Below are positions 37,801 to 46,854 of a DNA stretch of 61,473 nt, piece after piece. The stretch's first letter is position 1; every line of letters begins with the position of its first letter. The stretch lies in the IMG/VR virus record IMGVR_UViG_3300001687_000017; one strand, 5' to 3'. The position numbers were made by a program, and so were the translations under genes. The DNA comes from an uncultured virus (IMG/VR IMGVR_UViG_3300001687_000017) (lineage: Duplodnaviria; Heunggongvirae; Uroviricota; Caudoviricetes). The notes beneath the pieces are model-generated. The model had not been told where the DNA came from. It saw only the letters and a list, made by a program, of their open reading frames with translations, and made no database searches.

Positions 37801-40100
37801 TCAGCGGCACGTTCCGGGATCAGGCTGGCCTCGGGGCCGACGACCTCAATCCGTACGTCAACCCACACGACCCGGACAATTTCCGAACCCAATTCAGCCG
37901 GATTGACTACGACACGGTTTTCAATCCCGGCTGGGCGATTTACAACGCGGGCCTGGTTCAGGGCGTTTTGGTCGCCGACCCGGACAAGTTCGGCGGGGCC
38001 TACCACACCGAGAACCTGGTGGGCTGGCTGCCGTTTAACGAGCACCCGCTTGATGACCTCACTGTCACGGATCACGCCCGCACGCTGGCTGTGAGCCAGT
38101 TTCTGAACGCAGCACCCGAGGACCGCGTTTGGGACGACACCTTTGGGTGGGTCCTCTACATGCGGCCCGGTGCCACACTTCAGGTTTTCGCCGACCGGGA
38201 GATGACGACCGAGGGGCTGATGACCTTCTGGATCAACGTGGACTCGACCACAACCGGCCCCACACAGGAAATCATCTTTGAGTTCGGCCCGATGCGCTGG
38301 ACGTTGGACGCCGGGGCCAACCAGATCACGTCCTGGGGCAATGTTCCTGGGGTTGGCTGGACGGTTAGCTCCAACTACCCTGTGACGCCCGGCCAATGGC
38401 ATCTGTTCGGTATGGGATTCACCACGACCGCCGACGTGTTCCTCGATGGCGACCTGTCATCGTTCAACTATTCGGCGCTCGGCGGAGGCGGCCTGGTGGC
38501 CACAACCGACGACACGGTTCTGTCGCTGTCCGGCAAGTCGCGGCGCTACAAGATTCACGACCTGCGCATTTGGACCGAGGTCAAGACCTACGGTCAGATG
38601 GAGCTGGTCCACAACTACCAGCCGAGGCCGACGCAAACCCTTTACAGCCTGGGCCACATTCTGGCCGCCAACGATGGCGACCGGTTTGGGCTGAAAGTGC
38701 TGCCCCGTGGCTGGCTGGTTCCAGCACAGCTTCCGGCCTGGGTTCGCACGCCCAAGTACGCCCGCGTGGAGCGCTACGACGGCGGCGGGGAATACCAGGG
38801 CGAGGCGCGTTTTAAGGAGGTCGGGCTCGGCGGCGGACAGATGCCTCCCTACAATTGGCAATTGGGCACGCAGGGGCCGACTTTGACCGGCGCTGGGACT
38901 GTGGTGGTAAGCACGCAGATCGGCGCGTACCCCGGCACGAACGCCTACTGGGGCAAAGATTCGATTCCCGGCACCTATATCGAGTTGAGCGGTTCGACGG
39001 CGAGCGGGTCGATCGCCGTGGTTCAGACGTGGGGAAGCGGTGGACTGCCGTGGCCGCACCACATGGAGGCGACCAATCCCTGCTTTGACGCGGTGTGGGT
39101 GCCGGACCAAACTGGCCACGTTTACAAAGTCACGCTGGAGGCTGGCTCGGATTACACCGCCAGGTTTGTGGCGACTCCGGGCACCTACGGTAACCAGGAG
39201 GAGACCGGCGCGCACGTGGGTTTGAGTGGCACGACGGCGGCGAACTACCTGGTCGTGACCGGCTACGGATCGGTTGTTCAGCAGCCCTACGCGGGGACAC
39301 TTACCACGCCTCCGCTTTACATGTACCTCCATGACGTGCTGCTGGAGGATGTGGGCGGCTCCACGACCTACAACCGGTGGACTGATCCGAACGTGGATGG
39401 GCAGTCCATTGGCTACCCGACCATCGATCAAGCTGGTGAAATCTCGCTGACCAACAGCACCAGCCTGCGGGCCGGAACCTACCGGCTCAAGGTGACCAGC
39501 GGCAACTTGGGCAAGGTTGACGAGGCGTTCGACGGATTCAGGGTGCTCATTACCGTTGGTGACGCCACCATCGACCGGACACTGCTGGCAGGCTACGGCG
39601 GCAACAACTTCACCGGCACGGATGAATTTGAGTTCAGCCTGGACCACGACATCGACGGTGAGTGGTTGCTCACTTTCGACTGGACCAATCCCTATGAGGA
39701 CGTGACACGGGGCACGATCCGCCAACTGGTCATTTACGGCTACCAGCTCCGGCGGCTGGAGACCAACATTTACAAGGTTGACGTTCAGGTCGCCGGGACG
39801 GAGCCCGACGTGGAACGCATGGCTATCTTTGGTGAGACGGGCGACGGCGGCGTGACGCCCGGCGGCTGGATGGCCCAGTACAACGACTACGGCACGGTCG
39901 CGACTTGGCGGCACGAGGGCACGGTTTACCCCTCCAACGACACGCTGACCAGCCGGTACCCGTTGGCGAATTTGCTCACCGGGATGACCGGGGACAAGCG
40001 GGAGGACGTTCTATTCACTGTCTACGGCACCCGTAGCTGGTTTGTCCTGCCGACGGCCTCGACAACCACCTTGAGCGGGACCTCGACCATTGTGACATGA
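34812..40100 (+). CDS. Giant baseplate wedge/tail protein with calcineurin-like phosphoesterase and LamG-like domains
   Basis: LLDYLATNVG..KFKGTAKSFEALGKLLGW (P2 gpI/T4 gp7-like); ADYG, GDNNY, GNHDY, HYPPY, GHVHAYE; TPGQWHLFG..IHDLRIW. Confidence 0.75.
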   Translation: MSLINLTEDFLYDRLPEGLIQLDERGLIQAVLGGFQDRIEDLRFYAKRFQSFYTPIPEALYRPNVVLVTYRTDQGRDITRSIDLETETPQDGTSDLLVWAATQLNVDTDRVSNARYGVDPLRDIEPSLLDYLATNVGAVLYASAILKESPSVTTSTGTLTAANYAYSKLLETYFPRLKFKGTAKSFEALGKLLGWDDVRVTPLWGRVSPRLPNDPGSDVNDPDFSEMPEFWPQQTIGPFYDPLDQADGPFYDWTGTASAGTASTKFYSQVVNGFQPYVEVLVTGTASGTVIQHPSSGSYVLADGAPHQKAMVDAGDIQFRALGEGESYNGVTVTVFDVVDADLRGVNVDGRLSSIKYRTSFYNLGLTITSEKAQAVFGTLTAKANKDLAVAPHEYQSFVGNLTAVSPYRPFTSGTVALDTLTTDWLTPFTGTISTYTERREAGLGDRQENWDDLSRAGAQATQALEEVRAATRRPRVSSFGYLQKDQVGYAPYPAQDCLFTLYGSIVAGTYHGTFSTYPLPPYYADVGYVSGGFVTVFDAGTNPAFPGIVTYQNCADGGTIAGTIGYTGTGTNSYLFTATGTWPQWGTVCALFTVTDTEVVRPEPFSWSTGTTVLAALADYGLAGTNHDEVAALINSWSPQAVVAMGDNNYPDGQAATIAANNVGYESYIVSDRFFPAIGNHDYCCSSTGTDLTPHLTYFFDGTAPGEGGRYYSRRIGNVEIFCLNAGWNSSQAAAAVGDPYYVTTQEPSGNSLTSTQALWLKQALQESTATWKIVYSHYPPYASETTTNNYAPGYPRLRWPFKAWGADLYLAGHVHAYERLEVDGLTYITCGVGGAGNRVFDGYVSPGSVVRYAPLGATTEHGALRIFATGQGLQIDFILDTGQVIDRVFLDATKKYLARPEDEIDDDEVYGTADMYPWRRDIVGNGELVEQDYYTAGTNNLAVSILEKTMTVPDQTGAEYDVYAIKGQEPYRLVAALRATSPASDYVPGQPSVAFSGTFRDQAGLGADDLNPYVNPHDPDNFRTQFSRIDYDTVFNPGWAIYNAGLVQGVLVADPDKFGGAYHTENLVGWLPFNEHPLDDLTVTDHARTLAVSQFLNAAPEDRVWDDTFGWVLYMRPGATLQVFADREMTTEGLMTFWINVDSTTTGPTQEIIFEFGPMRWTLDAGANQITSWGNVPGVGWTVSSNYPVTPGQWHLFGMGFTTTADVFLDGDLSSFNYSALGGGGLVATTDDTVLSLSGKSRRYKIHDLRIWTEVKTYGQMELVHNYQPRPTQTLYSLGHILAANDGDRFGLKVLPRGWLVPAQLPAWVRTPKYARVERYDGGGEYQGEARFKEVGLGGGQMPPYNWQLGTQGPTLTGAGTVVVSTQIGAYPGTNAYWGKDSIPGTYIELSGSTASGSIAVVQTWGSGGLPWPHHMEATNPCFDAVWVPDQTGHVYKVTLEAGSDYTARFVATPGTYGNQEETGAHVGLSGTTAANYLVVTGYGSVVQQPYAGTLTTPPLYMYLHDVLLEDVGGSTTYNRWTDPNVDGQSIGYPTIDQAGEISLTNSTSLRAGTYRLKVTSGNLGKVDEAFDGFRVLITVGDATIDRTLLAGYGGNNFTGTDEFEFSLDHDIDGEWLLTFDWTNPYEDVTRGTIRQLVIYGYQLRRLETNIYKVDVQVAGTEPDVERMAIFGETGDGGVTPGGWMAQYNDYGTVATWRHEGTVYPSNDTLTSRYPLANLLTGMTGDKREDVLFTVYGTRSWFVLPTASTTTLSGTSTIVT

Positions 40101-41368
40101 ATCAGGTAGGCGACGACAAGACGTTTTACGTGGCGGCCCACACCAGCGGTGCCCGCTACGTCTGGAAGTACTGGGACGGGGCCACGGCGGTCTCGGCGCA
40201 GAGCGCTGGCAGCAACGTCAAGCGCCTCAACCTGGGCGGCAATCCGGCGGAGGGTTTCACCGTGCCGGTGCGGTGCGAGGTCGTCGACCCGATCAAAGGC
40301 GAAACCGTTTACATCACGACGGGCCGCCTCCCGGTCAACAACCAGCCGACGCTTTACGGCAGCCCGACGGTCAGCAACAACGACGCGGCTTTCCCCTACC
40401 AGACCACCATCGCGATCCGGGCTTATGACTTGGAGGACGCCGGAATTCAGTTCCTGTGGTACTCCGGCAGCAACCCGGTTAGCGGGTTGGACACGACTTC
40501 GGCGAGCATCAGCGTTGAGGGCACCTACTACGGCACGCTGACGGGCCTGACCCGCCAAACCTACCTCAACCAGTTTAGCACGACGATTTACGGATCGGGC
40601 ACGACGATGACCTGCAAGATCATCGACGGGGACGCCGGGACGCGCAGGCTGAATTTCGACTTCCGGGGCTACGATCCGGCGGCCCCGTCCTTCTCGGTGG
40701 CCGCCACGCCCGACGCGCTGACCGCGCAAGCTACCGCCCTGACGACTCAGTTCATCGCGCCGGGCCAGGTGGCCAACTTGAGCGCCTACGCCTATGATCC
40801 GGTGCCCGGCCAGTTGGTGTTTACGTGGGACCTGAACGGCACCAACGGCTGGAGCGCCCCGGACATTCCCTTCATCTACGCCAACGACGGCACGTCGGTC
40901 GAGCAGGGCTACAAGAGCGAGTGGCAGCGGCAGTTGGAGGACGAGACGGTCGGTGGCCGAAAGCGGGTGATTGTTTGGGTGACCAATCCGACCACGAACA
41001 AAACCACCAGCACCTATTTCGACATCAACACGGCCATTAACCAGGCCCCGAGCTTCAGCAGCGTCGACATGTACGACCCCATTAGCGGGGAGCAGATCAC
41101 CAGCATCACCAAGGCGGCCTTGCCCACCAGGACCCTCGTCCGGTTTTCCGGCACGGCCAGCGATCCCAACTCGGACGTGGTGACCTACAAGTGGGATTTC
41201 ACGGTTCCGGTTTCGCCCAGCACCTACACACTTTATGGGCGCGATGCGTTCGTCGATGTCAGCGATTGGCCGTCCGGGGCCTACAGCACTTTGGGTATCG
41301 TCACGGCCTACGACCGGTTCGAGCAGGCCAGCAGCCCGGCCAACATTCCCAGTCTGACGGTGACTTAA
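40097..41368 (+). CDS. PKD/Ig-repeat virion protein
   Basis: Repeated NQ.P..A.DP..L.F/Y.W modules; coupled to the baseplate gene. Confidence 0.65.
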   Translation: MNQVGDDKTFYVAAHTSGARYVWKYWDGATAVSAQSAGSNVKRLNLGGNPAEGFTVPVRCEVVDPIKGETVYITTGRLPVNNQPTLYGSPTVSNNDAAFPYQTTIAIRAYDLEDAGIQFLWYSGSNPVSGLDTTSASISVEGTYYGTLTGLTRQTYLNQFSTTIYGSGTTMTCKIIDGDAGTRRLNFDFRGYDPAAPSFSVAATPDALTAQATALTTQFIAPGQVANLSAYAYDPVPGQLVFTWDLNGTNGWSAPDIPFIYANDGTSVEQGYKSEWQRQLEDETVGGRKRVIVWVTNPTTNKTTSTYFDINTAINQAPSFSSVDMYDPISGEQITSITKAALPTRTLVRFSGTASDPNSDVVTYKWDFTVPVSPSTYTLYGRDAFVDVSDWPSGAYSTLGIVTAYDRFEQASSPANIPSLTVT

Positions 41369-41377
41369 AGATTATTG

Positions 41378-41406
41378 TTGACGGCTAGTTGCTTCAGTGC
41401 CATATT
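41378..41406 (+). promoter_or_regulatory. Sigma70-type promoter
   Basis: TTGACG-N17-CATATT with TG extension; ATG 9 nt downstream. Confidence 0.7.
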
Positions 41407-41415
41407 ACTCCCGCT

Positions 41416-42069
41416 ATGGCACTAAAACGTCTTAAAGTCAAAACGGTCCCGGCCTCTGCGAAGCCGGGAGAAATTCCTGAAATCTCCATCGAGGGCGACC
41501 TCGTTCGGCAGTACAACAAGGCCAGCGATGCGGCCAAGCAGGCGGAGGCCACGATGAAGGAGCTGAAGCCCGATGTCCTGGAAATTGGGCAGGGCGAGGT
41601 CCTCACGCGCTCCGTTGCCGACCCCATTCACCCGACCTTCACGGTCAAGCTGGTCGACGAGACTGGCGAGGCGCTGCGGGTCCAGTTCACCAAGCGCTAT
41701 GGGCAGATTGCCGACGTGGACGCCTTGGAGCAGCTCTTCGAGGAAGCCGACGTGGACATCAACCAGCACGTTCAGGAGAAAGTGGTTGGTGTTTTCGATT
41801 CCAAGGTTTTCCTCGACGACAAGGGCGAGTTCAGCCGTAAGAAGTACGATGCCTACCTCAAGGCGGTACAGGCGGTCGCGGCCAAGTTCGGCGACAGCTG
41901 CCCGTTGTCCACCGACAAGCAGATCACGCCCAAGGATACGTGGCACGACAAGCGGTGGTCGGTCTTCACGAGCGTTGAATCCCAGGCCGAGCTGGTGCGT
42001 CTGATGCCCAATACGACTCAGATTGTGCCGGTCCGGGCCAAGAACGGCGACAAATTGCCTGCTGAGTAG
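41416..42069 (+). CDS. Hypothetical protein, monocistronic
   Basis: Own promoter and terminator; strongly biased codons. Confidence 0.75.
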   Translation: MALKRLKVKTVPASAKPGEIPEISIEGDLVRQYNKASDAAKQAEATMKELKPDVLEIGQGEVLTRSVADPIHPTFTVKLVDETGEALRVQFTKRYGQIADVDALEQLFEEADVDINQHVQEKVVGVFDSKVFLDDKGEFSRKKYDAYLKAVQAVAAKFGDSCPLSTDKQITPKDTWHDKRWSVFTSVESQAELVRLMPNTTQIVPVRAKNGDKLPAE

Positions 42070-42094
42070 TCCCTAAGTCCCAGCCCAACCCCAG

Positions 42095-42126
42095 GCGGGC
42101 CACCAGCAATGGTGGCCCGTTCTTTT
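42095..42126 (+). terminator. Intrinsic terminator
   Basis: GCGGGCCACCA-GCAA-TGGTGGCCCGT followed by TCTTTT. Confidence 0.75.
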
Positions 42127-42132
42127 ATGGTG

Positions 42133-42441
42133 ATGAAGAACAACGGCAGACCCAAGCATCAGACAAAGCCAGAACGTTTACGCGAGCGACTTCGGGGCCG
42201 ACCAGACAACGACTTCAAAGTCGCTATGATTCAAGCCATTCAGAAGGTGGAAATAGTGAGCCATCCCAGCCAGCAGGAAGCCTTTGACCTGTTGGGCATG
42301 GCGATCACATTCTACGACCGCAAGGACGCGCTTCGGGCGCAACTGGCCATGTTTTTCGCCGGGGCCATCGCGGATGACCGGGTGGCCGAAAAGGTCCGTG
42401 CCCTGGTGTTCTCCCATACGACCGTCCCCAAGCGGAATTGA
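42133..42441 (+). CDS. Hypothetical protein
   Basis: ORF from MKNNG; start uncertain. Confidence 0.55.
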   Translation: MKNNGRPKHQTKPERLRERLRGRPDNDFKVAMIQAIQKVEIVSHPSQQEAFDLLGMAITFYDRKDALRAQLAMFFAGAIADDRVAEKVRALVFSHTTVPKRN

Positions 42442-42447
42442 AAATTA

Positions 42448-42476
42448 TTGATTACCTGTAGCAGATCGTTTACATT
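42448..42476 (+). promoter_or_regulatory. Sigma70-type promoter
   Basis: TTGATT-N17-TACATT with AT-rich upstream bases. Confidence 0.55.
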
Positions 42477-42539
42477 AGGTGTGTGCCTCATTACTGGTGG
42501 TTTTATGAGCCAGCACACCGGCAGCGCGGTCGGCATTCT

Positions 42540-43085
42540 ATGCAACCTGAATCAGTCAAAGAGAAAGCAGTCGAGGATTTCCGCCGTGGTGACCCCTTAA
42601 AGGACATTGCGATCCGTTACGGCGTATCCGAAGGATCGGTCAGTCTATGGGCCAAGGCGGCGGGCTTGCGCCGCAGCCGAGGTTGTCGGCCCAAGCTGCG
42701 GCCTAGCCGCACGGACTGGGAAATCGTCGAAGCCGTGCGCTCCGTGACCAACGGCCACCCGACGCTCAAGGAGATTGGCGAGCAGTTCGGCGGCATGTCG
42801 CGGGCCGGGGTTCATCGCATCTACAAGAAATGGCGGCACTGGAAACCCAAGATGCCATTCCCGAAGGGCTCGGTGATTCGGTACGGCAAGCACGACTACG
42901 AGGTCGTCGAGCCGGGACTTTTTGCCGGGCTGGTTCGTGGAATCGATACGGGCCGGACCCGCGAGGTTGAATGGGTGACCACAACCACACAGGCGGTCCT
43001 TCTCAAGGGCCGCCGCCGTTCAAAGACTCTTTCGTATGAGGAGCCTGTTTCAAACCATCGGAAGATGGCTCGACGGCTGGAATGA
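42540..43085 (+). CDS. Double helix-turn-helix DNA-binding protein
   Basis: LKDIAIRYGVSEGSVSLW and TLKEIGEQFGGMSRAGVHRI. Confidence 0.75.
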   Translation: MQPESVKEKAVEDFRRGDPLKDIAIRYGVSEGSVSLWAKAAGLRRSRGCRPKLRPSRTDWEIVEAVRSVTNGHPTLKEIGEQFGGMSRAGVHRIYKKWRHWKPKMPFPKGSVIRYGKHDYEVVEPGLFAGLVRGIDTGRTREVEWVTTTTQAVLLKGRRRSKTLSYEEPVSNHRKMARRLE

Positions 43086-43173
43086 GCATCCGAGCCATAT
43101 TATCACCCTTGGCGTCGTCGCCCTGATCCTGGGCGGGTTGGCCATAACCTTTGCGTTATTGGCCACCCCATGA
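43036..43173 (+). CDS. Small single-TM protein (45 aa, not in the ORF track)
   Basis: MRSLFQTIGRWLDGWNEHPSHIITLGVVALILGGLAITFALLATP*, read by hand; ATGA overlap with 43170. Confidence 0.5.
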   Translation: MRSLFQTIGRWLDGWNEHPSHIITLGVVALILGGLAITFALLATP

Positions 43174-43718
43174 GGATTCGACTCAACCCAAACCGGGGCC
43201 GCCTGGCCTTAACCCTCGGAGGACTGATTGTCGGCATCATGCTTTTGATCGTCGGCTTCGCCGTCGTTTTCCTGCTCTTGCGTTTGGCCAAGATCAAGCC
43301 GCGTGAGCTTCCCGACGACGTTCAGGAGGAGATGGAGCGGGAGTACCCAGGCTACGAGACCAACCACAGCGCTCAGGCGTGGCCGGTACACTACGTTCCA
43401 GCGGCCCTGGACTTGGTAACGCCCGAACCCAACGCGCCGATTTACGAGAAGGTCCTCATCGACAACGACTTTCTGGTTCAAAAGTGCATCGACGGGACGC
43501 TGACCAACTGGCTGACCGAGTTCCACTGGATCATCAGCGGGTACTCCTTCGACATGGCTGAGGACGAGAACGGCGTGCCGTGGGTTTCCGGCTTTGCTGC
43601 GTTTACGAACGAGGGTGTCTCGTATCGAATGAAGGAGGACTACTCGGGCTTCGACATCCAAGTCGCGCCCGAGGTCATGGCCACCAACCGGGCGATGTTC
43701 TGGAGGACGACCAAGTAG
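43170..43718 (+). CDS. N-terminally anchored membrane protein
   Basis: Basic leader ending NRG, then a long hydrophobic helix. Confidence 0.65.
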   Translation: MRIRLNPNRGRLALTLGGLIVGIMLLIVGFAVVFLLLRLAKIKPRELPDDVQEEMEREYPGYETNHSAQAWPVHYVPAALDLVTPEPNAPIYEKVLIDNDFLVQKCIDGTLTNWLTEFHWIISGYSFDMAEDENGVPWVSGFAAFTNEGVSYRMKEDYSGFDIQVAPEVMATNRAMFWRTTK

Positions 43719-43740
43719 TTCCGCGCCCTGTAATTAGGGT

Positions 43741-44253
43741 GTGATCTATCGGTTCCGCAGTCCCGCCTTCGTCGGTGCGCTCGGTGGACGGCCCAACGAC
43801 CAAATCGAGGGCTATACCGCCGGGCCGTACGACACCTTCGAGGGGTACACGCCTGCCGACCCCGTCACCAAGACTCTGAACTACGGCTACGGCTGGACTG
43901 GCCCGTGGGTTCTAGCCTCAAGCGAGTTTGGGGCGACGGCTGAGGATTCGTACGAGAGCTATCCGACACAAGACCCAATTGGCACGCTGAACCAGGGCAC
44001 TGGCTGGCAGGGCCAATGGATCGCGTCAGACAGTGCTTACGGCCTTCAGTCCACAGAGACGTTTGAAGATTACGGCACCGGCCAGGTCACGGAAGTTTTG
44101 CAAGGCGGTACCAACTGGACCGGCACAGCTTCGTTCTTCCTGAACTACCTTGGCACCGAAACCTTTGAGTATGGAACCGGGACAGCCGTTCCGTCGGCGA
44201 TGATCGACGGCCTTGGATGGAACGGCACGACGAGCATCGAAACCAACGTTTAG
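43741..44253 (+). CDS. Virion-type protein with (D/E)(T/S)FE.Y..G.GW.G.W repeats
   Basis: Four internal repeats; GTAATTA variant motif upstream. Confidence 0.6.
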   Translation: MIYRFRSPAFVGALGGRPNDQIEGYTAGPYDTFEGYTPADPVTKTLNYGYGWTGPWVLASSEFGATAEDSYESYPTQDPIGTLNQGTGWQGQWIASDSAYGLQSTETFEDYGTGQVTEVLQGGTNWTGTASFFLNYLGTETFEYGTGTAVPSAMIDGLGWNGTTSIETNV

Positions 44254-44255
44254 CT

Positions 44256-44990
44256 ATGGCACTGATTGGCCTGACAACCTTCGGAGACGGCGACCACAAA
44301 TACCTCCAGCTTGGCAACGAGGAATGGGGCCGCGAGTACTCAATGGGCACCAACTGGACCTTGCTGCGGGTTGTGGCGCTCGTAAACGTCGTGCCCAGCG
44401 GCACCAGCAACATCCCCAACGGCCATCTGCGCTTGGGCGTTTCAGCTGCCAGGGATGATCACCTTGGCAGTGGGAGCGCGGGATTATGGTACGGCTCAAT
44501 CGCTTGTGGGAACAACACATCCGCTTCGTTGGTAGGTGGCGTTTGGACGTACAACGCGGGCGGCGGCGAGCCTTATTTCAGCAGCTCCAGCCACTATCGC
44601 ATGCGGTCTGTCGGCGGTGTGCTGAGCGGCAGCTCCAACGCGGGCGGCCATTACATTCCGACCACAGAAGGAACGCCGCGCCGGGGTATCCTGGCCACCG
44701 AATGCTACAAGAGCGGCCTGAACATGATTGTCGGGGCCAACTACGTTACGGCCTCGACAGTCGACTTCACGCTCAGTAATGCGATCGAGTTGGCTGAAAC
44801 CGGGTTCACCAAAGTTTTGGGTGCAGGCTTCAGTGTAGCCGGTCAAACGGTCAACGGCGGGAGCACCACCTTTGGCGCTCACGACACGAACGCCGCGCTC
44901 TACGGGGACTCAATCGCCGCCCACATTTCCTGGAGTTCAACCGTCTATCCCCTACGTGTTTACGCCGTAGCCGTAGCCCGGATCGCCTAG
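44256..44990 (+). CDS. Putative virion/fibre protein
   Basis: G/S/T-rich; paralogous to the next gene (MGTNWTLLRV, TPRRGIL). Confidence 0.6.
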   Translation: MALIGLTTFGDGDHKYLQLGNEEWGREYSMGTNWTLLRVVALVNVVPSGTSNIPNGHLRLGVSAARDDHLGSGSAGLWYGSIACGNNTSASLVGGVWTYNAGGGEPYFSSSSHYRMRSVGGVLSGSSNAGGHYIPTTEGTPRRGILATECYKSGLNMIVGANYVTASTVDFTLSNAIELAETGFTKVLGAGFSVAGQTVNGGSTTFGAHDTNAALYGDSIAAHISWSSTVYPLRVYAVAVARIA

Positions 44991-44993
44991 CTT

Positions 44994-45743
44994 ATGTCTG
45001 CGTCAATCATCATTCGTGACTTCGAGGCCGCCGATCAAAAGCGGATCGTGCTCAGCAATTCCGAGATGGCCAGGATTTTCGACATTGGCACGAATTGGAA
45101 TCAGCTCAGAATCGGTGTCCACTACATCCTGACCGACCCAGGCCACGACCTGTACACACCCAGGAATTACTACGGCGTGATTGCCAGCCCCAACGGCAGC
45201 AACGGCGTGCTTACCTCCTCCACGAGCCATTTCCTGGGTTGTCGTAACAATCCCTCAATCGCAATGGTTCGGATCGGGATCGTTGGGGACACGCCCGGCC
45301 AGTCCTACTTCCGGGCGAACAACACCAGCAGCCACCAGGTTGTCAAGCGCATCGGTTCAACCGATACGGCAGTTGCCGTTGCGACTGGCAACCAGTCCTT
45401 GGTTGGAACGCCGACGACCCGGCGCAGCGTGCTCCTGGTGGAAATCACCAAGGGTAGCCCAAACTTCACGGTTCAGGCTGCCGCTTTGCGCGGCGACCAG
45501 GCCCTTACGACTACCGGCGTGCTGGATACGACCACCGCAAATTTGACGGCGGCAATGGAGGCTGCCGACATGACTGGAGCGGTAACGGCGCTCAACCTGG
45601 GCATCAGCTATCTGCTGCGGACTGCGAGCACCATCGCCGTAAACGAGGCCGCCGACGGCTATTTCAATGCTGTCTGTATCGGCTGGGGCCATACGACGCA
45701 CTTGATGGAGGTCAGCAACCTGCTGGTCTCGAAGGTCAGCTAG
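44994..45743 (+). CDS. Putative virion/fibre protein (paralog of 44256)
   Basis: IGTNWNQLRI and TTRRSVL shared pattern. Confidence 0.6.
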   Translation: MSASIIIRDFEAADQKRIVLSNSEMARIFDIGTNWNQLRIGVHYILTDPGHDLYTPRNYYGVIASPNGSNGVLTSSTSHFLGCRNNPSIAMVRIGIVGDTPGQSYFRANNTSSHQVVKRIGSTDTAVAVATGNQSLVGTPTTRRSVLLVEITKGSPNFTVQAAALRGDQALTTTGVLDTTTANLTAAMEAADMTGAVTALNLGISYLLRTASTIAVNEAADGYFNAVCIGWGHTTHLMEVSNLLVSKVS

Positions 45744-46245
45744 TCAGGAAGCGGTCGTCGGTGACCTGGATCGGCACGCCCTTCAGGTCGATGGGGAACC
45801 AAAGATTGACGGCTTCCTTGGCCGGACCCATTGGCTCCATCTCCACCGCCTCGGACTCGCGCACGAGTTTTTGGATGCCAAAGAGGTTGAGGATGCGCTG
45901 GACGCTGCCGATGTCCGGGTAAAGGCGGGGCAGGCTGCTGCTGACCTGGAAATGGGCTTTCCAGCCGTCGGTATGCTGCTCGATGACGAAAACGACCCGG
46001 CAGGCGTTCTTGCTGCGCTGTGCCGTGTCCGGTTCCGGGCTGCTGGAGGGCCGCTGTACCGGCTCCAGGGCGTCGAGCATCAAGACATGGTTCGGATCAG
46101 CGCCGGGCGGCTTGGTGCCCGCAGCGAGCCGTTTACGCATGTCCGTGAGGCTGTAGCGGTGGGCCAGGGCAAATTCGCGCACCTGGGCGGCCCGCTGCTT
46201 GGCTTCCTCGTCGATGATGTAGGTCCGCAAATCGGTGTTGGCCAT
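45736..46245 (-). CDS. Hypothetical protein
   Basis: Start MANTDL with GTTCT-N7-ATG containing AGGAG. Confidence 0.6.
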   Translation of the reverse strand: MANTDLRTYIIDEEAKQRAAQVREFALAHRYSLTDMRKRLAAGTKPPGADPNHVLMLDALEPVQRPSSSPEPDTAQRSKNACRVVFVIEQHTDGWKAHFQVSSSLPRLYPDIGSVQRILNLFGIQKLVRESEAVEMEPMGPAKEAVNLWFPIDLKGVPIQVTDDRFLTS

Positions 46246-46259
46246 ATCTCCTAGAACGG

Positions 46260-46559
46260 TTAATTGATGGCGGCGGCAAAGCCCCGGACCGTTTCCCGCC
46301 ACCATCCCAGGACGACCGGATCGGCTTTGAGGACATCCGCCAGCGCGTCGTACGGCTGCTCGAAGGTTTCCGCCACGAACGTCTGGTGGGGCAGGAGCGT
46401 CAGGTCCACGGGCTCGAAGAGCACCACGTCGCAGGTGGTTGTGTCCGGGTCCCATTTCCACATGAACCCGATGATCTGGTCCCCGTTGAAGATGGCCTGA
46501 CCTGGCCGGACATCCAGCGAGTGATCCCGCATCTGCATTTGATAGTGCTGAACTCTCAT
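46260..46559 (-). CDS. Hypothetical protein
   Basis: Member of the tightly packed minus-strand run. Confidence 0.6.
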   Translation of the reverse strand: MRVQHYQMQMRDHSLDVRPGQAIFNGDQIIGFMWKWDPDTTTCDVVLFEPVDLTLLPHQTFVAETFEQPYDALADVLKADPVVLGWWRETVRGFAAAIN

Positions 46560-46563
46560 TTGT

Positions 46564-46854
46564 TTACAAATCTATCAAGGCCGCTTCACGCTTGTTCTCT
46601 TGTAGAACGGCTTCGCCTTTGTCCCGGTCAGCATCCAGGAGCGTGAGCTGCTTTTCGTGGTACCACGCGGTAACGTGCCAGCCATCCGGCTCGTGGACCA
46701 GCAGGTTGTAATCGTGATGGTTGTTGCCGCCGTAGGCATCGCTGTAGCTGTGGACGACGATCGCCTCAAGCCCCGCTGGAAAGTGGGTCATTGCCGGGCC
46801 AAGATTGTCAGCGATCCTGACGCGGTGTCCCCGAAAGAATTTCTGCTTTTTCAT
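46564..46854 (-). CDS. Hypothetical SH3/KOW-like protein
   Basis: QKFFRGHRVRIA..AIV..AWYHEKQLTL. Confidence 0.55.
   Translation of the reverse strand: MKKQKFFRGHRVRIADNLGPAMTHFPAGLEAIVVHSYSDAYGGNNHHDYNLLVHEPDGWHVTAWYHEKQLTLLDADRDKGEAVLQENKREAALIDL

Noticed and set aside
36111..38402. 763-aa antisense ORF (also 3194-4819, 38457-39914, 19516-20640)
   Set aside because: Shadow frames opposite well-supported genes, expected in GC-rich DNA with biased codons
42119..42123. GTTCT before the 42133 gene
   Set aside because: It is part of the terminator stem and T-tract, so it was not counted as independent evidence for the promoter motif
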